DNA from: a bacterium
GTDB taxonomy: Bacteria; Patescibacteriota; Minisyncoccia; Moranbacterales; UBA2206
Reading direction: 5' to 3'
Assembly: GCA_021785125.1 (NCBI GenBank)
Contig: JAJYGF010000019.1
Span: 1-43,326 of the forward strand
DNA length: 43,326 nt
The notes beneath the pieces were generated by a model, which was not told the origin of the DNA, did not search any database, and saw only the letters and a program-made list of their open reading frames with translations. Numbering within the stretch: position 1 is the first letter of the stretch; every line of letters begins with the position of its first letter. Below, piece after piece: positions 24,663 through 33,541 of the stretch. A program made the position numbers and the translations under genes.

Positions 24663-25337
24663 ATGAATTATAAAACAAAGCTATTGGTAGCTGGAATTGT
24701 AATTTTTATTTTGGCGGTTGCTAGTCTTTTATACATCAAAAATGCCGGCAGTAAAAAGGCGGAAATAAGGGTGAATGATCAGCAAGTGCAAATCGGAGGT
24801 TCGACCTCTGATGCTCCGAAAGATACCTCGAGGTCGAACCTCGATAAGCCATCGATAACAGACGCCAAAAGCAATGGTTTGAAAATCCAGGATAAGCCGG
24901 TCGATTTCGGCTTCAAACCGGCTTCCGGAAGAATTATCGACACAATCGTCATCCATTCGACGTATAATGCCATGGGCGGCGACCCCTATAGTGTTGATGG
25001 AGTCATTGCCGAATATAAGAGCTATGGCGTTTCGCCGCACTACTTGATCGACCGTGACGGGAATATTTATCGCCTCGTCGAAGACAAGAATATCGCCTAT
25101 CATGCCGGGATCAGTCGCGTGCCGGACGGCCGGACCAATGTGAATGATTTTTCGCTCGGCATCGAGCTGATTGAAAAAGATACTGACCATCCGACCGACG
25201 CGCAATACGCTTCTTTGAACGCGCTATTGGCACAGCTCAAAGGCGAATATAAGATCAAATATGTCTTGGGACATGACCAGATCGCTCCCGGCAGAAAAAC
25301 TGATCCGTGGAATTTTGATTGGAATCGGATAAGATAA
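24663..25337 (+). CDS. Membrane-anchored N-acetylmuramoyl-L-alanine amidase (Amidase_2/AmpD-like)
   Basis: IVIHST, VSPHYLIDRDG, AYHAG, N..SLGIEL and GHDQIAPGRKTDP motifs. Confidence 0.93.
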   Translation: MNYKTKLLVAGIVIFILAVASLLYIKNAGSKKAEIRVNDQQVQIGGSTSDAPKDTSRSNLDKPSITDAKSNGLKIQDKPVDFGFKPASGRIIDTIVIHSTYNAMGGDPYSVDGVIAEYKSYGVSPHYLIDRDGNIYRLVEDKNIAYHAGISRVPDGRTNVNDFSLGIELIEKDTDHPTDAQYASLNALLAQLKGEYKIKYVLGHDQIAPGRKTDPWNFDWNRIR

Positions 25338-25424
25338 CTTTCAGATAATTACAAATTCATTCTTTCTTCATTGTATGCCTGTATACTCATGAAGTGATAT
25401 TTTTAATAAAAGTGGAAAAATACA

Positions 25425-25766
25425 ATGGTCGTAAAAAATAAGCTGGAAAAATTTCTCATCGGACTGTCAGGATTTTTCGCCCTGGCGCTTTTCGTGATGG
25501 GGATCAAAGTCGCAGATAGCAACAAGAAATTGGATGCCATCCAGAACGATTTGGCGATGAATCCCGCCGATCCGGGATCCGGTCCGGCCATCCAGAATGA
25601 GATCGGCACGACTCGTGACGCCATCCTGAACAAGGCGGCGCATTCTCCCGAATCGACCACGAAACAGACAACCGTCATAAGAACCGTGATTCCCGGAAAG
25701 GTGATTACTCAGACGGTGCCAGTATCTTCGAGCGGTTCTTCGAATAAAACAACTAAAACATCATAA
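25425..25766 (+). CDS. Small membrane-anchored Thr/Ser-rich protein, first gene of the apbE operon
   Basis: One TM segment, C-terminus ..SSSGSSNKTTKTS, 3 bp from the next start. Confidence 0.75.
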   Translation: MVVKNKLEKFLIGLSGFFALALFVMGIKVADSNKKLDAIQNDLAMNPADPGSGPAIQNEIGTTRDAILNKAAHSPESTTKQTTVIRTVIPGKVITQTVPVSSSGSSNKTTKTS

Positions 25767-25769
25767 GAT

Positions 25770-26714
25770 ATGGATCGTAAGGAAATGGAGGTTTTCAAAA
25801 CTGGATTCAGGGCGATGGGAACTGATATTTCGGTCGATATAGTTTCGGAAAAAGAAAAAGGATTCGAGGCGGAAGAAGCTTTCCAAGAGATAAAAAAAAT
25901 ATTTGAGAAAAATGAAAAAATTTTCAGCCGGTTCAATCCGGACAGCGAGCTTTCGGAAATAAATCGGAATATCGGAAAAGAAGTTGCAATTTCTCCGGAA
26001 ATGTTCGAATTATTGGAACTCTGCCTCAAATTTTATGACATCTCGGACGGCTATTTCGATCCGCGCATAATCGGCAATCTGGAGAAAGCCGGATATGACA
26101 AGGATTTCCGGAGCCACGATTTTAACGAGCGAGCGGAAAGAGAAATAATTTTGGAAAAAATCGGGGGCGATCTGAAAAAAGATCTAACTCTAAAGAATGG
26201 AAAGCGGACAGTCTTGATCAAAAAAAGGATCGATACGACCGGCATCGCCAAAGGCTACACCGTGGATCAAGCGGCGGACCATCTCAAAAAAATGGGATTT
26301 CGGAATTTTATCGTAGAGGCGGGAGGGGATATGCGTGCTGCAGGAAAGAATCAGGACAGCGAGGTATGGAAGGTCGGAGTTGAAGGGATAGAAGACGAGC
26401 GGCTGATGCTGAACTTGGAAAACGAAAGCGTTGCCACTTCCGGAATCAGCCGGAAGCGCTGGCAGATCGGAGAAAAGAAATTCCACCATCTGATCGATCC
26501 CAAAGATCCGGAGAAATTTTCCTTTGACATAAAAACTGTCACAGTGATCGGAAAGGAAACTGTCGAGGCGGACGGATGGGCCAAAATATTGCTGCTCATG
26601 GGCAGAGAAAAAGGGTTGGAATTTGCGAATCAAAATGGTTTGAGGGCGCTGTTTTTGGATTATAAAGGTAACGCGTATCTTTCGCGAAATATGAAACAAA
26701 ATCTGATATCATGA
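25770..26714 (+). CDS. apbE: FAD:protein FMN transferase (ApbE family)
   Basis: FRAMGT, FSRF.PDSELS..N, GYFDP, IAKGY.VD, AGGDM, ATSG, HHLIDP and ADGWA motifs. Confidence 0.95.
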   Translation: MDRKEMEVFKTGFRAMGTDISVDIVSEKEKGFEAEEAFQEIKKIFEKNEKIFSRFNPDSELSEINRNIGKEVAISPEMFELLELCLKFYDISDGYFDPRIIGNLEKAGYDKDFRSHDFNERAEREIILEKIGGDLKKDLTLKNGKRTVLIKKRIDTTGIAKGYTVDQAADHLKKMGFRNFIVEAGGDMRAAGKNQDSEVWKVGVEGIEDERLMLNLENESVATSGISRKRWQIGEKKFHHLIDPKDPEKFSFDIKTVTVIGKETVEADGWAKILLLMGREKGLEFANQNGLRALFLDYKGNAYLSRNMKQNLIS

Positions 26715-27931
26715 TAAAAAAAATAAAATTAAAAAGAACGGCAATCATCGCGGCTTTTTTGATTTCTGTTTCGGTTGTTTCGGTGATTTTTTTGTTCGGC
26801 AAAGCCAGCCACACGCGTGCCGACAGCGGAGGTGATGAGAATGACAGCGGAGATTTCCAGGTGATCAACACCAATCCGGCCAATGATCAACCTAAAAAGC
26901 CACAAACTAAAACCATCACCATTCAACTGGCTCCGACCGTCACCCAGCAAGTGACGACAACTACCACTTTTGACAGTGATGGGGATGGCCAGCCTGACAA
27001 TGTCGATCCGACACCAACCATCAACGATAATTTCATCGTGAAAGATGTCAATCTGGATGGCATAGATGACCGGTATGAAACGCCCGAGCAATTGGCGCAT
27101 GTAGGCGCTTTCGGTACCGGACAAAAAGTCGATTATCACGGCCAAGTGATCGTTGACAGCGACTTGGACGGTCTGACCGACCAAGGCGAACTCCAACTCT
27201 ATCATACCGATCCGGGCAAACCGGATTCGGATGGAGATGGATATTTGGATGGGGCGGAAGTTCTGGCCGGGACCAATCCCAACGACCCTAAAGATTATCC
27301 CGGTTATTTCAACATCAAAGACATGACCGATCCTATTTTGCAAAATTTGAACGCAGGAACTCCTTGGGCCTGGTATGTCGGACGCGCGGCCGGCATGATC
27401 GGATTTATCTTTCTCTGGCTGACGGTATTTCTGGGTCTTGCCATTCGGAATCCTCTTTTGAAAAAGATCGTCGAGCCGATCTATAGCTTCAGTCTGCATA
27501 GTTTCATGGCGGCTATGGCGGTTTTCTGGTCGCTCGTGCACGGCACCGCCTTTCTTTTTGACGGCTCACTGGGATTCGGCCTGAAAGATATCGCGGTACC
27601 GTTCTATTCCAAGACGATCGCGGTGGATCCGACCTTTCTCGGCTTGGGAATTTTGGCTTTTTACGCGATGGCAATCATGACCATTACTTCGTATCTGCGC
27701 CAGCACATGAACCATCGGTTGTGGCGCATCTTGCATTTTTTGAATCCATTGGCCTTCGTATTCGTGGTGGCGCATGGGTATGTCAATGGAACCGATATAA
27801 AAAATTTCTATGTCGGGAGCGCTTTCCTTTTTTCTTCATTTTTGCTAGTTTTGATCTATCTTTCTAGTCTCATTTTCATCCTTATCAACAAAATTCGACA
27901 AAGGAATAATAATTTCGCACAAATAAGATGA
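26711..27931 (+). CDS. Ferric-reductase/MsrQ-like transmembrane protein with N-terminal DxDxDG Ca-binding repeats
   Basis: DSDGDGQPD, DVNLDGIDD, DSDLDGLTD, DSDGDGYLD repeats. WY..RAAG and four TM His (SLHS, LVHG, ILHF, VAHG). Confidence 0.85.
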   Translation: MIKKIKLKRTAIIAAFLISVSVVSVIFLFGKASHTRADSGGDENDSGDFQVINTNPANDQPKKPQTKTITIQLAPTVTQQVTTTTTFDSDGDGQPDNVDPTPTINDNFIVKDVNLDGIDDRYETPEQLAHVGAFGTGQKVDYHGQVIVDSDLDGLTDQGELQLYHTDPGKPDSDGDGYLDGAEVLAGTNPNDPKDYPGYFNIKDMTDPILQNLNAGTPWAWYVGRAAGMIGFIFLWLTVFLGLAIRNPLLKKIVEPIYSFSLHSFMAAMAVFWSLVHGTAFLFDGSLGFGLKDIAVPFYSKTIAVDPTFLGLGILAFYAMAIMTITSYLRQHMNHRLWRILHFLNPLAFVFVVAHGYVNGTDIKNFYVGSAFLFSSFLLVLIYLSSLIFILINKIRQRNNNFAQIR

Positions 27932-28203
27932 ATATCGAGATAAAAATCAAAAATAAGATCGTTTCGATCGGGCTGATGGGCAAGAGTGATGAAATTCTGG
28001 ATCGCATCGTCCTCTCCGAAGAGCGCAGGCTTTCGGAGGATCTCTTGCCTTCCATCGATGATCTTTTGAAAAAGAACAATCTCGAGCCGAAGGATGTCGA
28101 AAAAATGACTTTGGAATCAGATATGGGTGAAAACTTCACAACGTACCGCATCGCCAAAGCGGTTGTGGATGCTTTCAATTGGGCGAATAGAAACAATAAT
28201 TGA
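27928..28203 (+). CDS. Truncated TsaB-like protein
   Basis: SEDLLPSIDDLLKK..LEPKD..NFTTYRI resembles the TsaB N-terminal half (GSFTGLRI region). Confidence 0.6.
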   Translation: MNIEIKIKNKIVSIGLMGKSDEILDRIVLSEERRLSEDLLPSIDDLLKKNNLEPKDVEKMTLESDMGENFTTYRIAKAVVDAFNWANRNNN

Positions 28204-28233
28204 CATTCCATTTGTTGATGATAAAATTAATCC

Positions 28234-28572
28234 ATGGAAAATAATAATAAAAAAGAAATAACACTCGAAGATTTAGCAGAATTGATTAAATCTACAGAAA
28301 AGAGCTTAAGCGCAAAGATTGAAACTTCAGCCGAAGAATTGGCAGTCATGACGCAAAAACACTTTCTAACATTGGAAGCCGATATGAAAGAAATAAAAAC
28401 TGATGTCGAGGTATTGAAGTCTGATTTAGGGGTTGTAAAAAATGATGTTGGAGAGATTAAAGCGAATATGAATAAAAAGGTTGATATCTTTAAGCATAAT
28501 GAGCTTACTTATCGAGTTGAGAAGCTAGAAGATAAGGCTGGGATAATGAGGATGAAGATTGCGACCGCTTGA
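28234..28572 (+). CDS. Hypothetical coiled-coil protein
   Basis: Heptads LEADMKEIKTDVEVLKSDLGVVKNDVGEIK. TTGACA promoter-like site just upstream. Confidence 0.75.
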   Translation: MENNNKKEITLEDLAELIKSTEKSLSAKIETSAEELAVMTQKHFLTLEADMKEIKTDVEVLKSDLGVVKNDVGEIKANMNKKVDIFKHNELTYRVEKLEDKAGIMRMKIATA

Positions 28573-28637
28573 CCGACCGCCAAAAATCTGCTATACTTAA
28601 AATAATCATAAAGACGGGTGAAAAATGCCGTCTTTTT
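28569..28637 (+). promoter_or_regulatory. Sigma70-type promoter plus conserved leader hairpin (copy 2)
   Basis: TTGACC-17-TATACT, then ATAAAGACGGGTGAAAAATGCCGTCTTTTT. Confidence 0.75.
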
Positions 28638-28665
28638 GTTTAATTTAAGTCAATAAAAAATAAAA

Positions 28666-29745
28666 ATGCCTAATTTTGAAACAAAAACAAATCCAAGAGA
28701 GGATTTCGATAAGAACGAAGAAGACGTGGAATCCATAAAAGCGCAGTTCGCTTCCGCGAAATCATCTGAAGAGATGATGGCTTTGGCTAAGAAAATGCAA
28801 GAACTCGAAGGCAATAAAAATGAGATGGTCGGAAATGCGCAAGAAGAAGCAGAGAAAGAAAATGAACAGCGAGATTTGGGCGCTGAAATGGCGAAGGACA
28901 AAGAGGCTGAAATTTTAGCTGCTAAAGAGCTGGCTGATCTAAAATTAAAAGATGCGGCCGAATCTGCCAAAAAAGCCGAAGCATTATTGCAACGAATAAA
29001 AGGAGAAGTGTCTGTTGAAAAAACTGAACCTGTAGCGGTTGAGAATGTCGGACAAGCAAAAGAAATTGGGCAGAAAGATTTAATTGAACAAATAGGAGCT
29101 CCGAAAAGTGAAATGTTTGAAAAATATGGAGAAAAAATGCGTCAAGCCGCGGATGATTTAGTTGAAAATAGGAAAGCTATCGAAGCGAACGAGGAGGCTA
29201 GAAAAAAGGTTGAATATGGGACACCTGAGTGGCAAAAACTATGGGATGAAGGCAGGGCCTTAAATGATCGCAGAAATGAGCTTGCAAGTGATGCTGCCTG
29301 GGGGAGTAATGTGGTTAAATTTCGTGAAGAAAAATCTAATGAAAGCTGGACTAGTTATGGAAATTACAAAAGCGAAGAACTAAGACAATATAGAAGTGCT
29401 GCCCTTGATGATCCATATGTTGTTCTTCGTATGGTGGAGGCGGGAGCATTAGGCATTGATGCACGCGGAGACGGGCTCGCTTATGTGTCAGAGCGTCTTA
29501 TGGGAAATTCTGAATTTGTTAGAGAAGCTTTTAAATTGGCAAAAAAACATGAGGCGGGGTATTCTGGATGGTTTTGGAATAATGTCACTGGAGAGGCTAG
29601 AAGAAATAAAGAGTTATATATTGAAGCCATAAAAACGAACCACTTAAATTATCAATTTGGATCAAATGAATTTAAGAAGGACCCGGAAGTTCAAAGGGTA
29701 GCCCTTGAAAGCGGATTGAATCCGGTATACTTATTTAAGGGCTAG
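28666..29745 (+). CDS. Hypothetical protein: acidic coiled-coil N-terminus, DUF4116-like helical repeats at the C-terminus
   Basis: Starts MPNFETK. Repeats such as SERLMGNSEFVREA, EARRNKELYIEAIK and EFKKDPEVQRVA. Confidence 0.75.
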   Translation: MPNFETKTNPREDFDKNEEDVESIKAQFASAKSSEEMMALAKKMQELEGNKNEMVGNAQEEAEKENEQRDLGAEMAKDKEAEILAAKELADLKLKDAAESAKKAEALLQRIKGEVSVEKTEPVAVENVGQAKEIGQKDLIEQIGAPKSEMFEKYGEKMRQAADDLVENRKAIEANEEARKKVEYGTPEWQKLWDEGRALNDRRNELASDAAWGSNVVKFREEKSNESWTSYGNYKSEELRQYRSAALDDPYVVLRMVEAGALGIDARGDGLAYVSERLMGNSEFVREAFKLAKKHEAGYSGWFWNNVTGEARRNKELYIEAIKTNHLNYQFGSNEFKKDPEVQRVALESGLNPVYLFKG

Positions 29746-29788
29746 TTTAACTGTGGATAAGTAGTGTAATAATAAAACTTAAAAATAT

Positions 29789-29813
29789 AAAAAGGCTTGG
29801 TTGAGCCTTTTTT
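29789..29813 (+). terminator. Intrinsic terminator
   Basis: AAAAAGGCTT-GGTT-GAGCCTTTTTT. Confidence 0.75.
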
Positions 29814-29843
29814 GATTTTGACTTGACAAAAGCAAATTATTTC

Positions 29844-29871
29844 TTGACATGTCTCGGAAAACAGGTATAAT
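29844..29871 (+). promoter_or_regulatory. rpoBC promoter
   Basis: TTGACA-16-TATAAT. Confidence 0.7.
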
Positions 29872-30088
29872 TGATATACATTTGTCAAGTCCCGAGTTAT
29901 CGGGACAGACTCCTATTTTCACGAACTAGGTCCTTGGGGTGATAAATCTCCCGCTTAGCGGGAGAAAATTTAGGGGAAACTCTTGCAAAAGACAATAAAA
30001 TAATTTAATACATAATTCCTAAACTCATTCATTTTACCCACTCTCTAGAATCTCAACGGAGCGGGTAATGGATAATGAGAGTATTTTT

Positions 30089-33000
30089 ATGCTTAAATCC
30101 CAAAAAACGTTGAAGGTTAAGAATGCTTTTGGTTCCGAATCATCCCTGTCCAAAAGAAAATTTTTCAAACAGATGTCGATGGTGTCGCTGCCGAACTTGA
30201 TCGAGATCCAGCTGGATTCATACGACTGGTTTCTGGAAAAAGGCCTTCGCGAACTTTTGGAGGAGATAAATCCGATCACCGACTTCACCGGAAAGGATCT
30301 TGAATTGACCTTTTCCGATTATTATTTGGACGAGCCGAAATATGACGAGGTCACAGCCAAGAATAAAAATATTTCTTTCGAAGCGCCGTTGCGCTGCAAG
30401 GTGAAGCTTGTCATAAAAAAGACCGGAGAGATCAAGGAGCAAGAAATTTACTTGGGCGATTTTCCGATCATGACGGATCGCGGAACCTTCATCATTAACG
30501 GCGTGGAAAGAGTTGTCGTCAGCCAGCTGATCAGGAGTCCGGGCGTCTTCTTTACGATGGATTATCAGAAAGGACGCCGGCTGTTCGGCGCCAAAATCAT
30601 CCCGAACCGCGGAGCTTGGCTGGAAATTGAAACCGATTTCGACGGAGTCTTAAGTGTGAAAATCGACCGAAAAAGAAAAGTCGCTTTGACTTCATTGCTT
30701 CGGGCTTTTGGATATTCGACCGACAAAGAACTGTCGGATCTTTTTGCCGGTGTCGATAAGGGGGAAATCAGATATATGGAAGAAACGATCAGAAAAGACG
30801 CCGCCAAAGATCAGGCGGAAGGTTATAAAGAAGTGTATAAAAGAATCCGCCCAGGCGATCTGGCGACCGCGGAAAACGCGAAGCAGATGATCGATTCGAT
30901 GTTTTTCAATTTTGAAAAATATGATTTCGGCAGCGTGGGGCGGTATCGTCTGAATCAAAGATTGGATGTCGAACTTCCGGATAGGGAAGAAAATCGCGTC
31001 CTGCTTCGCGAAGATTTGATCGCAATCATAAAAGAAATCATCCGATTGAACAATGATCCGTCTGCTCAGGCCGATGACATCGACCATCTTGGCAACAGGC
31101 GCGTCCGTGCCGTGGGCGAATTGGTGCAGAACAAACTGCGCGTCGGTTTGGCCAGGATGGCGAGAAATATCAAAGACAGAATGAGTACTTGCGATGTTGA
31201 AACCGTCGTGCCGGGACAATTAGTCAATTCACGGCCTATCGCGGCCGCCATCAAAGAATTTTTTGCCAGTTCGCAGTTATCTCAATTCATGGATCAAGTA
31301 AATCCATTGGCTGAATTGGAGCACAAGCGCAGGCTTTCAGCAATGGGGCCGGGCGGTTTAACCAGAGAGAGGGCCGGATTTGAAGTGCGTGACGTGCATC
31401 ATTCCCACTACGGCAGGATATGTCCGGTTGAGACTCCGGAGGGTCCGAACATCGGCCTGGTCGGACATCTTTCCACATATGCCAAGATCAATGAATACGG
31501 ATTTTTGGAAACTCCTTATCTCAAGGTTTATCATGAAATTGAAAGCGGTTCTGAAAAACTTTTGCACCGGATTCTGGATGAGGACGCGGCCGGCATCAAA
31601 GCGGGAATCTTAATCGATGAAAGATTGGCTGAAGAAATCGCCAAAGACAAATCGATTAAGTCCGTCAAGATCAAGCCATGGGTTAGCCGCGAGATCGAAT
31701 ATGTCAACGCGACAAAAGAAGACAGGAAAAATATAGCGCATGCCAACATCGCGATGGATGAATATGGCAACATTTTGGATAGCGTAGTCGGCGCCAGAGT
31801 GAAGGGCCATGCGACCGAAATCGAAGCGGCCAAGCTTGATTATGTGGACGTTTCGGCCAAACAGATGATCTCGGTGGCAACCTCGCTGATTCCATTTTTG
31901 GAACATGATGACGCCAACCGCGCCCTGATGGGTTCGAATATGCAACGTCAAGCCGTATCTTGCGTCAAGCCGCAGGCTCCATTGGTCGGAACGGGCATTG
32001 AAGACAAGGCCGCGGCCGATTCCGGACAAGTTGTCATTGCGAAACAGGCGGGAGAAGTCGTGGAAGTGGACGCGGATCATGTTGTGATCAGGGAAGAAGC
32101 TCCGGCCGGCGCCAAAAAACCTTTCATCAAAAGAGAATATCGTTTGCAGAGTTTCGTAAAATCCAACGCGTTTACCTCGATGAATCAATTGCCTCGTGTT
32201 GAAAAAGGCCAAATGATCAAGAAGGGACAATTGCTGGCTGACGGCGCCTCCACCGATCATGGTGAATTGGCACTGGGACAGAACATAGTGGTGGCTTTCA
32301 TTCCATGGGAAGGATCGAATTATGAAGACGCTATCATCTTAAGCGAAAAATTGGTGCAAGACGACAGATACAGCTCCATCCACATCGAAGATTTCTCTAT
32401 CGACGTGCGCGACACCAAGCTTGGACCGGAAGTGATTACTCGCGATATTCCGAACATAGGCGAAGAGAGGTTGAAAAATCTGGATGAGACCGGGGTTATC
32501 CGCATCGGAGCGGAAGTGGCCTCCGGTGATATTCTGGTCGGAAAGATTTCTCCGAAAGGCGAAGGCGATTTGACGAGCGAGGAAAGACTTTTACGCGCGA
32601 TCTTCGGAGAAAAATCCCGCGATGTCAAGGACAGCTCGCTGTATTTGCCGCATGGCGAATACGGAAAAGTTGTAGATATAAAAATATTTTCACGTGAACA
32701 GGGAGACAAGCTTCCGACCGGAGTCATCCAACAGATCCAAGTTTCAGTGGCACAGCTCAAGAAAATCTCCGTCGGAGATAAATTGGCCGGACGCCATGGA
32801 AACAAGGGTGTCATTTCAAGAGTGGCTCCTGTGGAGGATATGCCATATCTGCCGGATGGAACTCCGGTAGACATGATCTTGAACCCTCTCGGCGTGGCTT
32901 CCCGTATGAACATCGGACAGATTTTGGAAACTCACTTGGGCTGGGCGGCCTTGAAATTGGGCTACAAAGCAGCCACTCCGGCTTTGGAAGGTGTAACTGA

Positions 33001-33502
33001 AGCGCAAATCAAAGAAGAGCTCGGAAAAGCGGGTCTTCCGGAGACCGGAAAGATCAGATTGGTCAACGGGCGAACCGGCGAGATGTTTGATAATGAATCG
33101 ACCGTCGGGGTCATGTATGTCATGAAACTGCATCACTTGGTCGATGACAAGATCCATATGCGTTCGATCGGGCCATACTCTTTGATTACGCAGCAGCCGC
33201 TCGGAGGAAAAGCCCAATTCGGAGGACAGAGATTTGGAGAAATGGAAGTATGGGCGCTGGAAGGATACGGCGCGGCCTATACGTTGCAAGAGATGCTGAC
33301 CATCAAATCCGATGACGTGATGGGACGGAGCAAGGCGTACGAATCTATCATAAAAGGCGAGGTTATTAAGAGTCCGAACCTGCCGACTTCATTCAATGTT
33401 CTGGTGAACGAATTGAAAGGCCTGGCACTGAATGTTGAATTGATGGGCGTCAAAAAAGAAGAAGAGGAAGATTCCGAGGAAGAAGACGTAACGCAAGCGT
33501 AA
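30089..33502 (+). CDS. rpoB: DNA-directed RNA polymerase subunit beta
   Basis: GTFIINGVERVVVSQL, SQLSQFMDQ, ETPEGPNIGL, GDKLAGRHGNKG, GGQRFGEMEVWALE. The start could be 30068 instead. Confidence 0.99.
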   Translation: MLKSQKTLKVKNAFGSESSLSKRKFFKQMSMVSLPNLIEIQLDSYDWFLEKGLRELLEEINPITDFTGKDLELTFSDYYLDEPKYDEVTAKNKNISFEAPLRCKVKLVIKKTGEIKEQEIYLGDFPIMTDRGTFIINGVERVVVSQLIRSPGVFFTMDYQKGRRLFGAKIIPNRGAWLEIETDFDGVLSVKIDRKRKVALTSLLRAFGYSTDKELSDLFAGVDKGEIRYMEETIRKDAAKDQAEGYKEVYKRIRPGDLATAENAKQMIDSMFFNFEKYDFGSVGRYRLNQRLDVELPDREENRVLLREDLIAIIKEIIRLNNDPSAQADDIDHLGNRRVRAVGELVQNKLRVGLARMARNIKDRMSTCDVETVVPGQLVNSRPIAAAIKEFFASSQLSQFMDQVNPLAELEHKRRLSAMGPGGLTRERAGFEVRDVHHSHYGRICPVETPEGPNIGLVGHLSTYAKINEYGFLETPYLKVYHEIESGSEKLLHRILDEDAAGIKAGILIDERLAEEIAKDKSIKSVKIKPWVSREIEYVNATKEDRKNIAHANIAMDEYGNILDSVVGARVKGHATEIEAAKLDYVDVSAKQMISVATSLIPFLEHDDANRALMGSNMQRQAVSCVKPQAPLVGTGIEDKAAADSGQVVIAKQAGEVVEVDADHVVIREEAPAGAKKPFIKREYRLQSFVKSNAFTSMNQLPRVEKGQMIKKGQLLADGASTDHGELALGQNIVVAFIPWEGSNYEDAIILSEKLVQDDRYSSIHIEDFSIDVRDTKLGPEVITRDIPNIGEERLKNLDETGVIRIGAEVASGDILVGKISPKGEGDLTSEERLLRAIFGEKSRDVKDSSLYLPHGEYGKVVDIKIFSREQGDKLPTGVIQQIQVSVAQLKKISVGDKLAGRHGNKGVISRVAPVEDMPYLPDGTPVDMILNPLGVASRMNIGQILETHLGWAALKLGYKAATPALEGVTEAQIKEELGKAGLPETGKIRLVNGRTGEMFDNESTVGVMYVMKLHHLVDDKIHMRSIGPYSLITQQPLGGKAQFGGQRFGEMEVWALEGYGAAYTLQEMLTIKSDDVMGRSKAYESIIKGEVIKSPNLPTSFNVLVNELKGLALNVELMGVKKEEEEDSEEEDVTQA

Positions 33503-33541
33503 GAATTTTAAATTTAAAATTTTAAATTATAAATTTATATT

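Noticed and set aside
29746-29880. Replication origin at the A/T-rich spacer with a DnaA box
   Set aside because: There is only one box, no cluster and no dnaA/dnaN. The region is explained by a terminator and the rpoB promoter.
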